Positions 19,425-29,731 of a stretch of 64,000 nucleotides of DNA are shown here, in pieces (the first letter of the stretch is position 1; the number at the start of each line of letters is the position of its first letter). The notes beneath the pieces were generated by a model. It made no database searches, was not told where the DNA came from, and saw only the letters and a list, made by a program, of their open reading frames with translations. Made by a program: the position numbers and the translations under genes. Source of the DNA: Candidatus Woesearchaeota archaeon B3_Woes (GTDB lineage Archaea; Nanobdellota; Nanobdellia; Woesearchaeales; B3-WOES); NCBI GenBank assembly GCA_005222965.1, contig NJBG01000001.1, positions 1 through 64,000 of the forward strand. Reading direction: 5' to 3'.

Positions 19425-20030
19425 TTACAAACTTCCATTTCTTAGATATTTCCTTGCCCTATGCACTCTTGATTTGACTGTTCCAAGAGGAATATCCATT
19501 ATATCTGCTATTGTCTGGTATTTCAGCCCCTGCAGGCTTCTAAGCACATAGGCTGTACTAAGTGCCCGGTTTTCATCAAAAAACCCAATCAGTCTCTGCA
19601 TAGCAGAATCAACTTTTGCACTTAATTCCAATTCCATTGTCAGATTTCCGCCATAAAGAACATCATCAACTGAAAAATCATTTCTTATATCTTCCCACAT
19701 ACCATCAAGAGAACAAGTCTTTCTTCTTTTAAGATTTCTGAGCTCTGTTTTTGCAAGGTTTGCTGCAATTGTGAAAAGCCATGTACCGAATTCAGCTGTT
19801 TGTTCATTATAAAGTTGCGCACGGGTATAGAGCTTAGTAAATGTCTGCTGAACAATATCACCTACTTCAACAGCCCCTTTAAATCCATTCTCGAAACGGA
19901 AAATAAAACCAGTAAGCCTTGGCTCATACCTATGATATAGTTCTGAATAAGCTCTTTCATCCCCTTCTTTAAAAGCAGCAATCAATACCTTATCAGGCAT
20001 CTCAACATAAACTTCACCATTATGTTTCAT
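19425..20030 (-). CDS. ECF-type sigma-70 family factor
   Basis: Region 2: GDERAYSELYHRY...DIVQQTF...FGTWLFTIAANLAKTELR. Region 4: LKYQTIADIMDIPLGTVKSRVHRARKYL. Confidence 0.9.
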   Translation of the reverse strand: MKHNGEVYVEMPDKVLIAAFKEGDERAYSELYHRYEPRLTGFIFRFENGFKGAVEVGDIVQQTFTKLYTRAQLYNEQTAEFGTWLFTIAANLAKTELRNLKRRKTCSLDGMWEDIRNDFSVDDVLYGGNLTMELELSAKVDSAMQRLIGFFDENRALSTAYVLRSLQGLKYQTIADIMDIPLGTVKSRVHRARKYLRNGSL

Positions 20031-20104
20031 TTTTATCGTAATTTTAAATTAATTTATAAATTTATGTAAAGAAAATTAAACATAGTCGTTTTAGGTAATA
20101 ACTT

Positions 20105-21748
20105 TTAATTTTTATATTGATCAAGCTGTTGTTCTAATAAATGCATCCTGTCTTCTGGAATTTCATTATCCTTGATTAGTCTTTGTAATCTATTTAATCT
20201 GTTTTCTTTAATAGCTTTACTTACTCTTTTAAGAGGATAATCAAGGACAACTGTTTCTTCAGTTGGAGAAAAAATACCAGGAATTATCCTGTAAGTATAT
20301 TTTCCATCGACAACCTCTGTTGTTAGATTAATAATTTGAGGGAATTTATTTGCCAGTTCAGTTAATTCCAGATGGTGAGTAACCATCCAAGTTTCATATC
20401 CTGCCTTTCTTGCAATCTCTTCTAAGTATAATCTGGCTTGAAGAATTGCTTTTAAGTCATATGTCCCGGATGTAGGTTCGTCAAGAATCAGAAGACTCCT
20501 TGATCTTGCTTTTTCTATAATCTTAAAAGTAGTATCATTGATTTTTTGATATGTGCTTTTTCCTGAAAACGAATCTTCTGTCTGTCCGATGTTTGCAAGT
20601 ATTTGGCCTACATAACTTAGCTCAGCATTGTCTGCTATTACTGGCAATCCTGCCTGTGCAAATGCCTGGATAACGGCTCTTGTTTTGATTAACATTGTTT
20701 TTCCATAAGCATTCTCACCTGTTATCAATCTTATTGGCTCTAGTTCATCAATGAAAAAATCATTTGGAACTTTTTCTTTATCTCTATTTTCTCCCATGTA
20801 AAGGATAAAATTTACACCGCCTTTGATATTACAGTGCCTGTAGCCACCGCTCCTGAATTCAGGAAACGTTAAGTTTGCGCCCTTTTCCTGCAATTCTTTG
20901 AAACCTATTGCATAGCCAATAAAATAATCCAAGGCAGTAACAAGCTTGTTTACGCCTGAGACTTTCATAGCATAGAATAAGTCAACATATTTTATCAGAT
21001 TTGTATCTCTGCCTGCTCTTTTATCACGCTCATATTCTTGTTTGGTTTTGTTACGAAGTTCATCAAGTAATCTTGAAGAATCTATGACTCCTATATCTTC
21101 TTCTATGTCAATATTTCCTAACTCCTTGTACCATTCAGTTGATTTTATGCTCTCAGCCAATACACCACAATCTTGAAAGTGTGTGCCTTTTGTAATAGAA
21201 GCAATCTTTTCCAATACATGCAATTGTTGTTGAAGTAGTTCACCCATTCTATTTATTTCAAAGGGGTTGAAAAACAATTTATAAGGATAATCTCCCCCCT
21301 CATACCAACATTCTACTTCATTAATATCTCTGCTATTTTGATAATATTGATTAAACAATGAGCCTATCTCATCTAAATCTTTATTTTCCATCAAAAACTT
21401 TAGGGTTTTTTGTCTTTCTTTTCTTAATTCAGGCTCAAAAGCCATATCTGCAATAATTTCAATAGCCCGCTCATCTGTTTCTTTTTCCTTGAATGAAAAA
21501 AGATTTCCAACAATTCTATCAATATGGAGAGGTTTAATAAATAAATCATATTTATCACTATATCCCTGGAAATTAGGAAAACCATCTCTTTCCAGATGCA
21601 CTAACCTGTCTAAACTATATTCTGATGGCTTTTGAGGTTTTTCCGATTCTGTAAATTGCTCCCAATCACATTCAATCTCTTCCAAAACTTTTTCCAGTTC
21701 CATATCATCTAATCCTTCCTGTATTGGATCACTTTTATGTCTAGCCAT
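20105..21748 (-). CDS. MutS-family ABC ATPase-domain protein (no mismatch-recognition domain)
   Basis: LITGENAYGKT, QAFAQAGLPV, GKSTY, LLILDEP, MVTHH. Confidence 0.8.
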   Translation of the reverse strand: MARHKSDPIQEGLDDMELEKVLEEIECDWEQFTESEKPQKPSEYSLDRLVHLERDGFPNFQGYSDKYDLFIKPLHIDRIVGNLFSFKEKETDERAIEIIADMAFEPELRKERQKTLKFLMENKDLDEIGSLFNQYYQNSRDINEVECWYEGGDYPYKLFFNPFEINRMGELLQQQLHVLEKIASITKGTHFQDCGVLAESIKSTEWYKELGNIDIEEDIGVIDSSRLLDELRNKTKQEYERDKRAGRDTNLIKYVDLFYAMKVSGVNKLVTALDYFIGYAIGFKELQEKGANLTFPEFRSGGYRHCNIKGGVNFILYMGENRDKEKVPNDFFIDELEPIRLITGENAYGKTMLIKTRAVIQAFAQAGLPVIADNAELSYVGQILANIGQTEDSFSGKSTYQKINDTTFKIIEKARSRSLLILDEPTSGTYDLKAILQARLYLEEIARKAGYETWMVTHHLELTELANKFPQIINLTTEVVDGKYTYRIIPGIFSPTEETVVLDYPLKRVSKAIKENRLNRLQRLIKDNEIPEDRMHLLEQQLDQYKN

Positions 21749-21849
21749 TCTCTAAAGAAAATTTAGTATATTTATAAATCTTCCTATATTCTTAATCCCA
21801 AAGTAGTAACAATAGAAAGATTTTTAAAGAATATATTATTTCATAGCAT

Positions 21850-22521
21850 ATGTCAACTCATTTTTTAGGAATAGAGACTATACCAGAGACAATATATGAT
21901 GGTATTTCTCTAGATACTGTTGTATTAGAACAGGAAATGCAGACAAATAACGGAGGAGTTGACATAGCAGATCCATACCAAAATTATGTTATACAGGAAG
22001 ATTTTTTAAGACAATTTGTACCTCATTTTTTTACTGATGAATCAAATCCTGACTGTAGCGAAAACCTTGCAATAGCAAATAAATATCCAGATATAACAAG
22101 TCCTTGTTCAATCTTAGTTGATTCAGTTCAGGATGTACAAGATATTATGGCAATAGGCTATCAAGTTGCACATTTCAATTATATTCTAGGGAAAAAACAC
22201 AATCAAGAACCATTCCTTTGTTTTGATTCAAATAAGAATGTAGAGGAAAACAAATGGCATCATTTTGCTGTTGTTGTTTCACCTAATGGAAACACAGGGT
22301 ATCTAAATGGAGTAGAAATCACAAACAGACGCTATAATTTTGGTAATTCAAAAGACTCTTCTTTTCTAAAAGACATTTCAGGAAAAACAAAACTAATGCT
22401 TGGATACGGAAGAAGCTCTTATATGCTCTCTCCTGATTTTATATACTTTAAAGGAGCTCTTGATGATGTAAGAATTTATGATAAGCCACTAACTACTTCT
22501 GAGATAAAAGAATTAATATAA
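21850..22521 (+). CDS. Probable chimera: unknown N-terminus fused to the C-terminal half of a LamG-like jellyroll
   Basis: NKWHHFAVV...YLNG...FKGALDDVRIYDKPLTTSEIKEL. Confidence 0.65.
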   Translation: MSTHFLGIETIPETIYDGISLDTVVLEQEMQTNNGGVDIADPYQNYVIQEDFLRQFVPHFFTDESNPDCSENLAIANKYPDITSPCSILVDSVQDVQDIMAIGYQVAHFNYILGKKHNQEPFLCFDSNKNVEENKWHHFAVVVSPNGNTGYLNGVEITNRRYNFGNSKDSSFLKDISGKTKLMLGYGRSSYMLSPDFIYFKGALDDVRIYDKPLTTSEIKELI

Positions 22522-22557
22522 AAATATTTATATAAATCCAAATTTTCCAAATCCAAT

Positions 22558-22920
22558 ATGGATATAAAACAACCAAGTATTAAACTAGAAGACAGAGTTT
22601 TAAGTAGACATGAGAGATTTGAAAATTGGCTTTTAAAGAGATACAAAACCATAACTGTAGTTACCTGTGGTGTAGGAATATTTGCTTGCACATTTAGTGC
22701 TTATAATTTAGGAACAGCTGTTCATTATCTTGTTAAAGAGGATGATCCTAGAGCATCAGTATCAGAAAATTCTGCTTTTAAAGAAGATTTCCACAACTCA
22801 TTTGATTATTTTCAAAAAGGGTTCTTTATAGCGTGCGGTAGTTTGTTTCTATCCACCTTAGCTTATTATGAGGGAAGGAGGATAGCAAGAGAAAGAGAAG
22901 AAGAATCAAATTCTTACTAA
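22558..22920 (+). CDS. Two-TM hypothetical protein
   Basis: Two hydrophobic segments. Confidence 0.55.
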   Translation: MDIKQPSIKLEDRVLSRHERFENWLLKRYKTITVVTCGVGIFACTFSAYNLGTAVHYLVKEDDPRASVSENSAFKEDFHNSFDYFQKGFFIACGSLFLSTLAYYEGRRIAREREEESNSY

Positions 22921-22947
22921 ATAATTAAAAAAAGAAAAAAATGTTTT

Positions 22948-23160
22948 TTATTTGCTAAACATCTTTTTGCAAAGTGGGGCCGCGAAAACTAAACCTAAAA
23001 CTAAAAACCATCCCCAGTGGACTCCTAAAACAAAATCTCTAAATCCGGCCCAGACAGTTACCAAAAACAGTGTAAAGAAAAACACAGATCCTTTTAGCAG
23101 TGATATATCATACCACTTCATCTTTTTAATTAATTTTTCTACCCATTTAACAAAACACAT
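22948..23160 (-). CDS. Small membrane protein
   Basis: GGAGGTG Shine-Dalgarno upstream; KMKWYDISLLK followed by two TM helices. Confidence 0.65.
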   Translation of the reverse strand: MCFVKWVEKLIKKMKWYDISLLKGSVFFFTLFLVTVWAGFRDFVLGVHWGWFLVLGLVFAAPLCKKMFSK

Positions 23161-23271
23161 TTTTACACCTCCTTTAATTTTCTTTTTACTTCCATTGCTT
23201 AACCTATACTCATAACATGAAGAATTACTATTTTTTAAACTTTTTGTTTTATTGCTATCTTGTTAATAAAA

Positions 23272-24243
23272 TTACCTAAGAAATATATTTGTTGAGTGTC
23301 TGCGATGATACATAGAATCATCATCTGTAGCATCTTTATTCTCTTTAATAAACTCTATGAATTCAGAAGTTCTTGAACTTAATTGATCAGCAAAATACAA
23401 CACAACAGCTTCAGCAAACATTGGTTTTTTTGGAGAACCATACTCTAATTCACCATGATGGCTCACAATCAAATGCAATAATTTCTCTTTTAACAAATCA
23501 TCTACAGAACTATCCTTTAATTTATCAGCAACATGAATAACACCTAAAGTTAAATGACCTATAAACTGACCTTTACGAGTACCTTTTATACGAGAAGTAG
23601 TCTCAATCTCCTCTAATTTGCCAATATCATGCAACAAAGTGCCTGATATCAACAAATCTCTATCCAGTTCAGGAAACAACCTGCAGCTTGTTTCACAATA
23701 TTCAACAATCTCCAAAGTATGCTGTAATAATCCCCCACGCCAGTTATGATGTATCTGAATAGCTCCAGGATGCTGCTTAAACTTATCTCCTAAAGAATTA
23801 AAAACATCTAATAAAAGTTTCTTCAAATCTTCATTCTTAATAGAATCTATTTTTGACATTAGACCAGAATACATCTCATCTATATCTTTCTGAGGACCAG
23901 CAATAAAATCACCTTCATACTCATCCTGATTAAGAACCCTTATATTATTAGGGTCACTATTTCCAATCTGTAATTTATTCTGGTAACTCGAAACCTTTCC
24001 TTTAACCAAGACAACCGAATCAGGTGCTATAAGATTGTAAATTGCCTTTACTTTATCCTGATCAAAATCACCCCAATACTTGTACTCTATACTTCCTCCT
24101 GAAGAATCAGAAAGAATTAAAGTAAAGAAATGCCCTTTAGAATACTCGCTAATGCTTCTCTTAATCTTTACAACAAAGATATCATTAACTATATCTCCTT
24201 CTTTTAATTCCTTAATCTGTTGTTTTTTTGTAAATTTTTCCAT
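23272..24243 (-). CDS. YhaM/CBF1-like 3'-5' exoribonuclease (OB plus HD)
   Basis: OB fold, HPGA..HH..GGLLQHT, LLHDIGK, SHHG, ADQ; start taken at ATG 24243. Confidence 0.88.
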   Translation of the reverse strand: MEKFTKKQQIKELKEGDIVNDIFVVKIKRSISEYSKGHFFTLILSDSSGGSIEYKYWGDFDQDKVKAIYNLIAPDSVVLVKGKVSSYQNKLQIGNSDPNNIRVLNQDEYEGDFIAGPQKDIDEMYSGLMSKIDSIKNEDLKKLLLDVFNSLGDKFKQHPGAIQIHHNWRGGLLQHTLEIVEYCETSCRLFPELDRDLLISGTLLHDIGKLEEIETTSRIKGTRKGQFIGHLTLGVIHVADKLKDSSVDDLLKEKLLHLIVSHHGELEYGSPKKPMFAEAVVLYFADQLSSRTSEFIEFIKENKDATDDDSMYHRRHSTNIFLR

Positions 24244-24365
24244 ATTAAACCCTAATTCTTTAAATTCTTTTAAGAATTGTTGTTCTAAGGTATATAATAC
24301 GTAGTGGTCTATGTGGGGGCTGTCAACAAAAAAGAATAGATTCAATAGCACAAGCTTAATTCTTT

Positions 24366-24767
24366 TTATTTATTTGATCTAATATAACCCCTAACAGGAA
24401 AGATTCCCAGAACATCAATTGAGATAAATTCTTGCCCTCTCTTAAAAATACCCTCTACAAGATAAAGACGATCTGTTACACCTTCACTAACAAATCTATA
24501 CTCTGGATCAACTTTAGTCAATTCAATCTCATTGCCAGATTCATCAATAATCAGTTTATGGTAAGAACCAGAATAAAACTTATAACCTAAAAAACCAAAA
24601 ACAGCAACCTTTTGATTGTGATAATCCCACGGATCATCAAGATATTTCTGAAAATTTATTCCCTCACCAACTTCTTCTTCAGAAATCTCTTGTTGCTTAG
24701 CCATAGAAACAAACACAACTACAAGTACAAAAAATAAGATAATATTTCTAAAATAATAATACCTCAT
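24366..24767 (-). CDS. Exported OB-fold-like hypothetical protein
   Basis: Signal anchor and YLDDPWDYHNQKVAVFG. Confidence 0.55.
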   Translation of the reverse strand: MRYYYFRNIILFFVLVVVFVSMAKQQEISEEEVGEGINFQKYLDDPWDYHNQKVAVFGFLGYKFYSGSYHKLIIDESGNEIELTKVDPEYRFVSEGVTDRLYLVEGIFKRGQEFISIDVLGIFPVRGYIRSNK

Positions 24768-24886
24768 TTTTTCTTTGTAGATTTCTTCTTTTTAGGAGGG
24801 CTTGCTGTTCTAATCACTTTAGTAACAATATTTTTCAGAACAATAGCAGCACCTGCTAATTTTATTAATTTACCTATTTTTCCCAT
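24764..24886 (-). CDS. 40-aa basic microprotein (not in the ORF track)
   Basis: MGKIGKLIKLAGAAIVLKNIVTKVIRTASPPKKKKSTKKK; GGAGGT Shine-Dalgarno; stop overlaps the next start (ATGA). Confidence 0.6.
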   Translation of the reverse strand: MGKIGKLIKLAGAAIVLKNIVTKVIRTASPPKKKKSTKKK

Positions 24887-25034
24887 TATAACCTCCTTTC
24901 TATTACTAAACCTTTTTTTATTAATAATATTTAATTCTTTGCTTTTTCATTAAATATAACCGAAAGGTTTATAAACAGACCCTATAACTCTCTACTCAAT
25001 AAGTCTTTAAGACTTTAAACGGAGTGAAAAACAA

Positions 25035-25295
25035 ATGAATGGAGAAGTAAAATTTTTTAACAGAAAAAAAGGATTTGGTTTTATAAAAGGAGAAGACGAA
25101 AAAGAATATTTTGTACATTTTTCGGCACTAACAGAAGGAACAATGATCAATGATAATGATAGAGTAACATTCGATCCTTCAGAAGGTGACAGAGGATTAC
25201 AAGCACAGAATGTTTCTTTAGCTCAAGGTGGAAGTGAAGCACCTGAAGAAGAATCTAAGGAAGAACCTAAAGAAAAAGCAAGTGAAGATTTCTAA
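25035..25295 (+). CDS. csp: Cold-shock domain protein with an acidic tail
   Basis: GEVKFFNRKKGFGFI (RNP1), YFVHFS (RNP2), GLQAQNV. Confidence 0.93.
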   Translation: MNGEVKFFNRKKGFGFIKGEDEKEYFVHFSALTEGTMINDNDRVTFDPSEGDRGLQAQNVSLAQGGSEAPEEESKEEPKEKASEDF

Positions 25296-25518
25296 ATAGG
25301 GTATAATTTTATTTTTTTAATATTTTTTTAATAAACTTAATAGACCTATCTATACACTTATTCTGAAGGGAGTTAACCTATATAACCATTAACTTTATAA
25401 ACCAACCAAAACTCTTCTCTATCAATAACGCATATTATTGACGAAAGAGCACCTGATTAGATTTATTGAACATTTTGCTTTTTCTATAAGAATTGCTGTA
25501 TATTAGAGGTATAATAAA

Positions 25519-26715
25519 ATGAACGTATTTGAAAAGTTTGGCTTAAGCCAAGAACTATTAAAATCAATTAAACATATGAATATTACAGAACCAACAGAGA
25601 TACAAACTCTATCTATCCCACATATTATGAAAGGAAAAGATGTTATTGGAGAATCTGCAACTGGTTCTGGGAAAACACTAGCATTTGGATGTGGGGTAAT
25701 TGATCACACACTTCCTAAGAAAGGAGTACAAGCATTAATTTTAACTCCAACTAGGGAGATTGCAGAACAAGTAAAAGATGTTTTGAGAAAATTAGCATAT
25801 CATAAACATTTGAATGTAATATCAGTTTATGGAGGTGTATCAATTACTGCTCAAATTCAAGATTTAAAAAAAGCAGAAGTAGTCATTGCAACACCTGGAA
25901 GATTATTAGATCATCTTGAAAGAAGAACCATTGACTTAACAAGAATTAACTTATTAGTATTAGACGAAGCAGATAGAATGCTTGATATGGGATTTATAGA
26001 TGATGTGGAAAGAATCATAAGAGCTTGTCCAAAAAAGAGACAAACATTATTTTTCTCAGCTACAGTTTCACGAGTGAAATCTTTGGCTAACAAACATATG
26101 AACAATGAAGTCATAGTCTCAGCTCAAAACATGGTTGATCCATCAAAACTCAAACAAGTATATTATAATGTTAAAAAAAACATGAAGTTGTCATTGTTAG
26201 TACACTTACTAAAGAAAGAAACTTCAGGTTTAGTAATGGTTTTCTGTAATACTAGAAGAAACACCGACTTTGTCGCTAAAAATCTCAAAGCAAACAATAT
26301 CAAAGCAACACCTATTCATGGAGGTTTAACACAGAATAAAAGAAAAAACACACTTAAAATGTTCAACACTGCAAAAGTAAGTGTATTAGTTTGTACAGAT
26401 GTTGCAGCAAGAGGATTGGATATTAACAATGTTTCACACGTATATAATTATGACATTCCAAAAGACACTAAAGAGTATGTTCATAGAATAGGTCGAACAG
26501 CAAGAGCAGGTGCTGAAGGACAAGTTGTTAATGTTTTATGTGAGTATGATTATGATAATTTTTCAAATGTTATGAATCAATATCGTAATTTCAACATTGA
26601 AGAAATAAAAATACCTTTCTTAGAGAAAGTCGTTGCAATCAGAACTGATGATTCAAGACGACAACCAATGAGAAGAGGACAGTTTCATAGTAGGAATAGA
26701 GGACATAGAAGATAG
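25519..26715 (+). CDS. DEAD-box RNA helicase
   Basis: Q motif, ATGSGKT, PTRE, TPGR, DEAD, SAT, ARGLD, HRIGRTAR. Confidence 0.95.
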   Translation: MNVFEKFGLSQELLKSIKHMNITEPTEIQTLSIPHIMKGKDVIGESATGSGKTLAFGCGVIDHTLPKKGVQALILTPTREIAEQVKDVLRKLAYHKHLNVISVYGGVSITAQIQDLKKAEVVIATPGRLLDHLERRTIDLTRINLLVLDEADRMLDMGFIDDVERIIRACPKKRQTLFFSATVSRVKSLANKHMNNEVIVSAQNMVDPSKLKQVYYNVKKNMKLSLLVHLLKKETSGLVMVFCNTRRNTDFVAKNLKANNIKATPIHGGLTQNKRKNTLKMFNTAKVSVLVCTDVAARGLDINNVSHVYNYDIPKDTKEYVHRIGRTARAGAEGQVVNVLCEYDYDNFSNVMNQYRNFNIEEIKIPFLEKVVAIRTDDSRRQPMRRGQFHSRNRGHRR

Positions 26716-26724
26716 TTAAGAATT

Positions 26725-27042
26725 CTAAGCAAACTCAACTTTTTTTGCTCTTGTACCTTGTCTCTGAGCATGGGTTTTTCCACACTCTTTACAAGTATAC
26801 CTTAAATCAGTCTTTTTAGTCTGTTTTTTACCATATCTTTTCCAGGAACCCATTGCTTTTTTAGAAAATCTTCCAAGATTACCAAATCCACGTCTTAATC
26901 CTCTTGATTTTACTCTAGGTTTAGAACCTCTCGACATAGTATGAGCTTTATTCAAACCCTTAAATGATTGATTCTTTACAGTATGGACTGTATGCTTTTT
27001 ACAAAAAGGACAAAGTCTTTTTACTGATTTTGGTAGTTTCAT
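26725..27042 (-). CDS. rpl44e: 50S ribosomal protein L44e (eL42)
   Basis: MKLPK..KRLCPFCKKHT...KQTKKTDLRYTCKECGK. Confidence 0.93.
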   Translation of the reverse strand: MKLPKSVKRLCPFCKKHTVHTVKNQSFKGLNKAHTMSRGSKPRVKSRGLRRGFGNLGRFSKKAMGSWKRYGKKQTKKTDLRYTCKECGKTHAQRQGTRAKKVEFA

Positions 27043-27134
27043 AGTAAATGAAGAAATTTGAGGTATTTAAAAAGCTTTCTTTTATGATGGGTTGTGTTTA
27101 AAAATTTTAGTTCAATATCATCTAAAAAGTAAAC

Positions 27135-27575
27135 TCATAAATACTTCTTTAGAGGTTTTAACATTGGTGATTGAGAGAAATGTATAGAAGCCCTAGCACT
27201 GTCTATTTTTTTATTTAAAAAATCACTTAAGCTATAAAGAAATCCTTTTCTATACAATAATCTTCCAGCTTCCCTGTTTGTTTTCATATCTCCTCGTCCC
27301 ATATTAATTGTTGTTGGAGAAGAATAAGGAGTATAAATATGCAGTTCAAGTTTGTTTTTTCTTGGAACCTTTAAGGTTTTCATAAGTTCACGTGTAGAAT
27401 ATGCTGCTGCATTACTGCCGCCAATCAAAACATAAAGATCAATATCCGACCTTTCAGGATCCCAACGATCAGTATTGTAACTGCCAAAAACTCTTACCTC
27501 TCTTAACAAAGGCCAGTTTTCTTTCATTGAATCAACAAGTTCTTCCAGAACTAATTCTACATCAGGAACCCTCAT
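27135..27575 (-). CDS. Minimal nucleotidyltransferase (MNT) domain protein
   Basis: VFGSY...SDIDLYV; start taken at ATG 27575. Confidence 0.75.
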   Translation of the reverse strand: MRVPDVELVLEELVDSMKENWPLLREVRVFGSYNTDRWDPERSDIDLYVLIGGSNAAAYSTRELMKTLKVPRKNKLELHIYTPYSSPTTINMGRGDMKTNREAGRLLYRKGFLYSLSDFLNKKIDSARASIHFSQSPMLKPLKKYL

Positions 27576-27664
27576 AAAAAAAGGAATTAAAATAATTATA
27601 AAAAGCTTTCTTTTATTCAACTCTTCAGAAAGATTTAAATAAACAAATAACCAAAATCATAATA

Positions 27665-29110
27665 ATGAATAAACCAGTAGTATTAATCATAAGAGATGGA
27701 TGGGGATACAGAAAAAACAAAAAAGACAACTATATCTCAGAAGCAAATACAATAAACACAGATAATTTAATGGAAAAATATCCAACAACAATACTAAAAG
27801 CTGCAGGAAAAGCAGTCGGACTACCACCAAATTACCAAGGAAATTCTGAAGTTGGACATGTAACAATCGGTTCTGGAAGAATTATCAAACAACCTTTAAC
27901 AAAAATTAATAAATCAATAAGAAAAGGAGATTTTTTCAGAAACAAACAATTCATAAACGCATTAAAAAACTGCAAAAAACACAATTCAACTTTACACATA
28001 ATAGGATTACTACAAAAAGAAGGTGTTCATGCACATAAAAAACACCTTTATGCTCTATTAGACCTATGTAAAAAACAAAACTTCAAAAATTTTAAAATAC
28101 ACATAATAACAGATGGAAGAGATGCTCCTCCTAAAAACAGCATAAAAAACATAAGACAACTTCTAAGAAAAACAAAAAACATAGCAACCATCTCAGGGAG
28201 ATACTATGCTATGGATAGGGATAAGAGATGGGACAGAACAAAAAAAGCATATGAATGTATTGCAAATGCAAATGCAGAAGAGTTTGAAAAACCAATAAAA
28301 CTTCTAAAAACCTGTTACAAAAATAATGAAACAGACGAATTCATAAAACCAAGAAAATCAAAAAATTACAAAGGAATTAAATCAAATGATTCTGTAATCT
28401 TTTATAATTTCAGAACAGACAGATTAAGACAACTAACCCAACTTATTCTTAAAAAGAACATATTCCCAGTCACAATGACAAAATACTATAAACCTTCTAG
28501 AGCAAGAGTCGCTTTTGAAGAACCAAAAACAAAAAACACCTTAGGAGAAGTCTTATCAAGAAATAAAATAAAACAATTAAGAATTAGCGAAACAGAAAAA
28601 TATGCTCATGTAACATTCTTCTTCAATAATCAAATAGAAAAACCATACAAAAACGAAAAAAGAATCTTAATACATTCACCAAAAGTAGCTACTTATGATT
28701 TAAAACCAGAGATGAGTGCATATAAAATAACATCAAGGCTGCTAAAAGAGATGGACAAATATAAATTCATCGTTGTAAACATAGTTAATGGAGATATGGT
28801 TGGACACACAAGTGTAAAAAAAGCTTGTCTTAAAGCAGCAGAAACAGTGGATAAATGTGTAAAGAAAATCACAGACAAAGTTTTAGAAAAAGATGGAACA
28901 GCTTTAGTATTCGCAGATCATGGAAATCTAGAAGATAAAGGTGGGAAATACCAAACATCTCATACAAAAAACAAAGTTCCTCTAATTGTTGTTTCAAATA
29001 AAAAATTAAAATTAAAGAACAACAAAGGACTAAAAGATATAGCACCAACAGTCTTAAAACTTCTAAATATAAAACAACCAAAAGAAATGACTGGAAAAAG
29101 TATTATTTAA
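27665..29110 (+). CDS. gpmI: 2,3-BPG-independent phosphoglycerate mutase
   Basis: IRDGWG, GNSEVGH, DGRD, GRYYAMDRD, ETEKYAHVTFF, DMVGHT, ADHGN. Confidence 0.95.
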   Translation: MNKPVVLIIRDGWGYRKNKKDNYISEANTINTDNLMEKYPTTILKAAGKAVGLPPNYQGNSEVGHVTIGSGRIIKQPLTKINKSIRKGDFFRNKQFINALKNCKKHNSTLHIIGLLQKEGVHAHKKHLYALLDLCKKQNFKNFKIHIITDGRDAPPKNSIKNIRQLLRKTKNIATISGRYYAMDRDKRWDRTKKAYECIANANAEEFEKPIKLLKTCYKNNETDEFIKPRKSKNYKGIKSNDSVIFYNFRTDRLRQLTQLILKKNIFPVTMTKYYKPSRARVAFEEPKTKNTLGEVLSRNKIKQLRISETEKYAHVTFFFNNQIEKPYKNEKRILIHSPKVATYDLKPEMSAYKITSRLLKEMDKYKFIVVNIVNGDMVGHTSVKKACLKAAETVDKCVKKITDKVLEKDGTALVFADHGNLEDKGGKYQTSHTKNKVPLIVVSNKKLKLKNNKGLKDIAPTVLKLLNIKQPKEMTGKSII

Positions 29111-29161
29111 TAATTTCTAAAGAAAGATTTATAAAGATAGTTCAAGTCCATATACTATAAA

Positions 29162-29731
29162 ATGTTAAGAGAATTTACCGAAATAAGAAAGGAATTATCA
29201 AAATATGATTCTAAAAGGGAAGAGCTAATAAAAAAAGCAAGAGAATTGCTAAAGATTTCTAAACAAGTTATCTACTCAACACACAGAGCAGATCTAAAAC
29301 AAGCACAACAAAATACAACCAAAGCAAATAAAATAAAAAAAGAATTGGATAATATTGTTAATTTCAATAAAAAACTATTTTTTGAAGGAAGCTATTCAGA
29401 TGCTTGCCAGGAATATGCAGAAGCATTGTGCTATTATAATTTTGTTAAGAATAAAAAACTAATAAGCTTCAAAACTCTAAAAATTAATTATGAAGATTAC
29501 TTAATGGGAATATGTGATTTAACAGGGGAACTAGGTAGAAGAGCAGTAGCACTAGCAACAAAAAGAAACCTAAAAGAAGTTGAAAAAATAAAGAATTTTG
29601 TTGAAGATGTTTATGGTGAATTTCTAAAATTTGATCTAAGAAATGGCCAATTAAGAAAAAAATCAGACTCAATTAAATGGAATCTAAAAAAATTAGAAGA
29701 AATCTTATACGATTTAAATAAGATAAAATGA
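29162..29731 (+). CDS. Translin/TRAX family protein
   Basis: QEYAEA...DYLMGICDLTGELGR...LRKKSD. Confidence 0.88.
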   Translation: MLREFTEIRKELSKYDSKREELIKKARELLKISKQVIYSTHRADLKQAQQNTTKANKIKKELDNIVNFNKKLFFEGSYSDACQEYAEALCYYNFVKNKKLISFKTLKINYEDYLMGICDLTGELGRRAVALATKRNLKEVEKIKNFVEDVYGEFLKFDLRNGQLRKKSDSIKWNLKKLEEILYDLNKIK

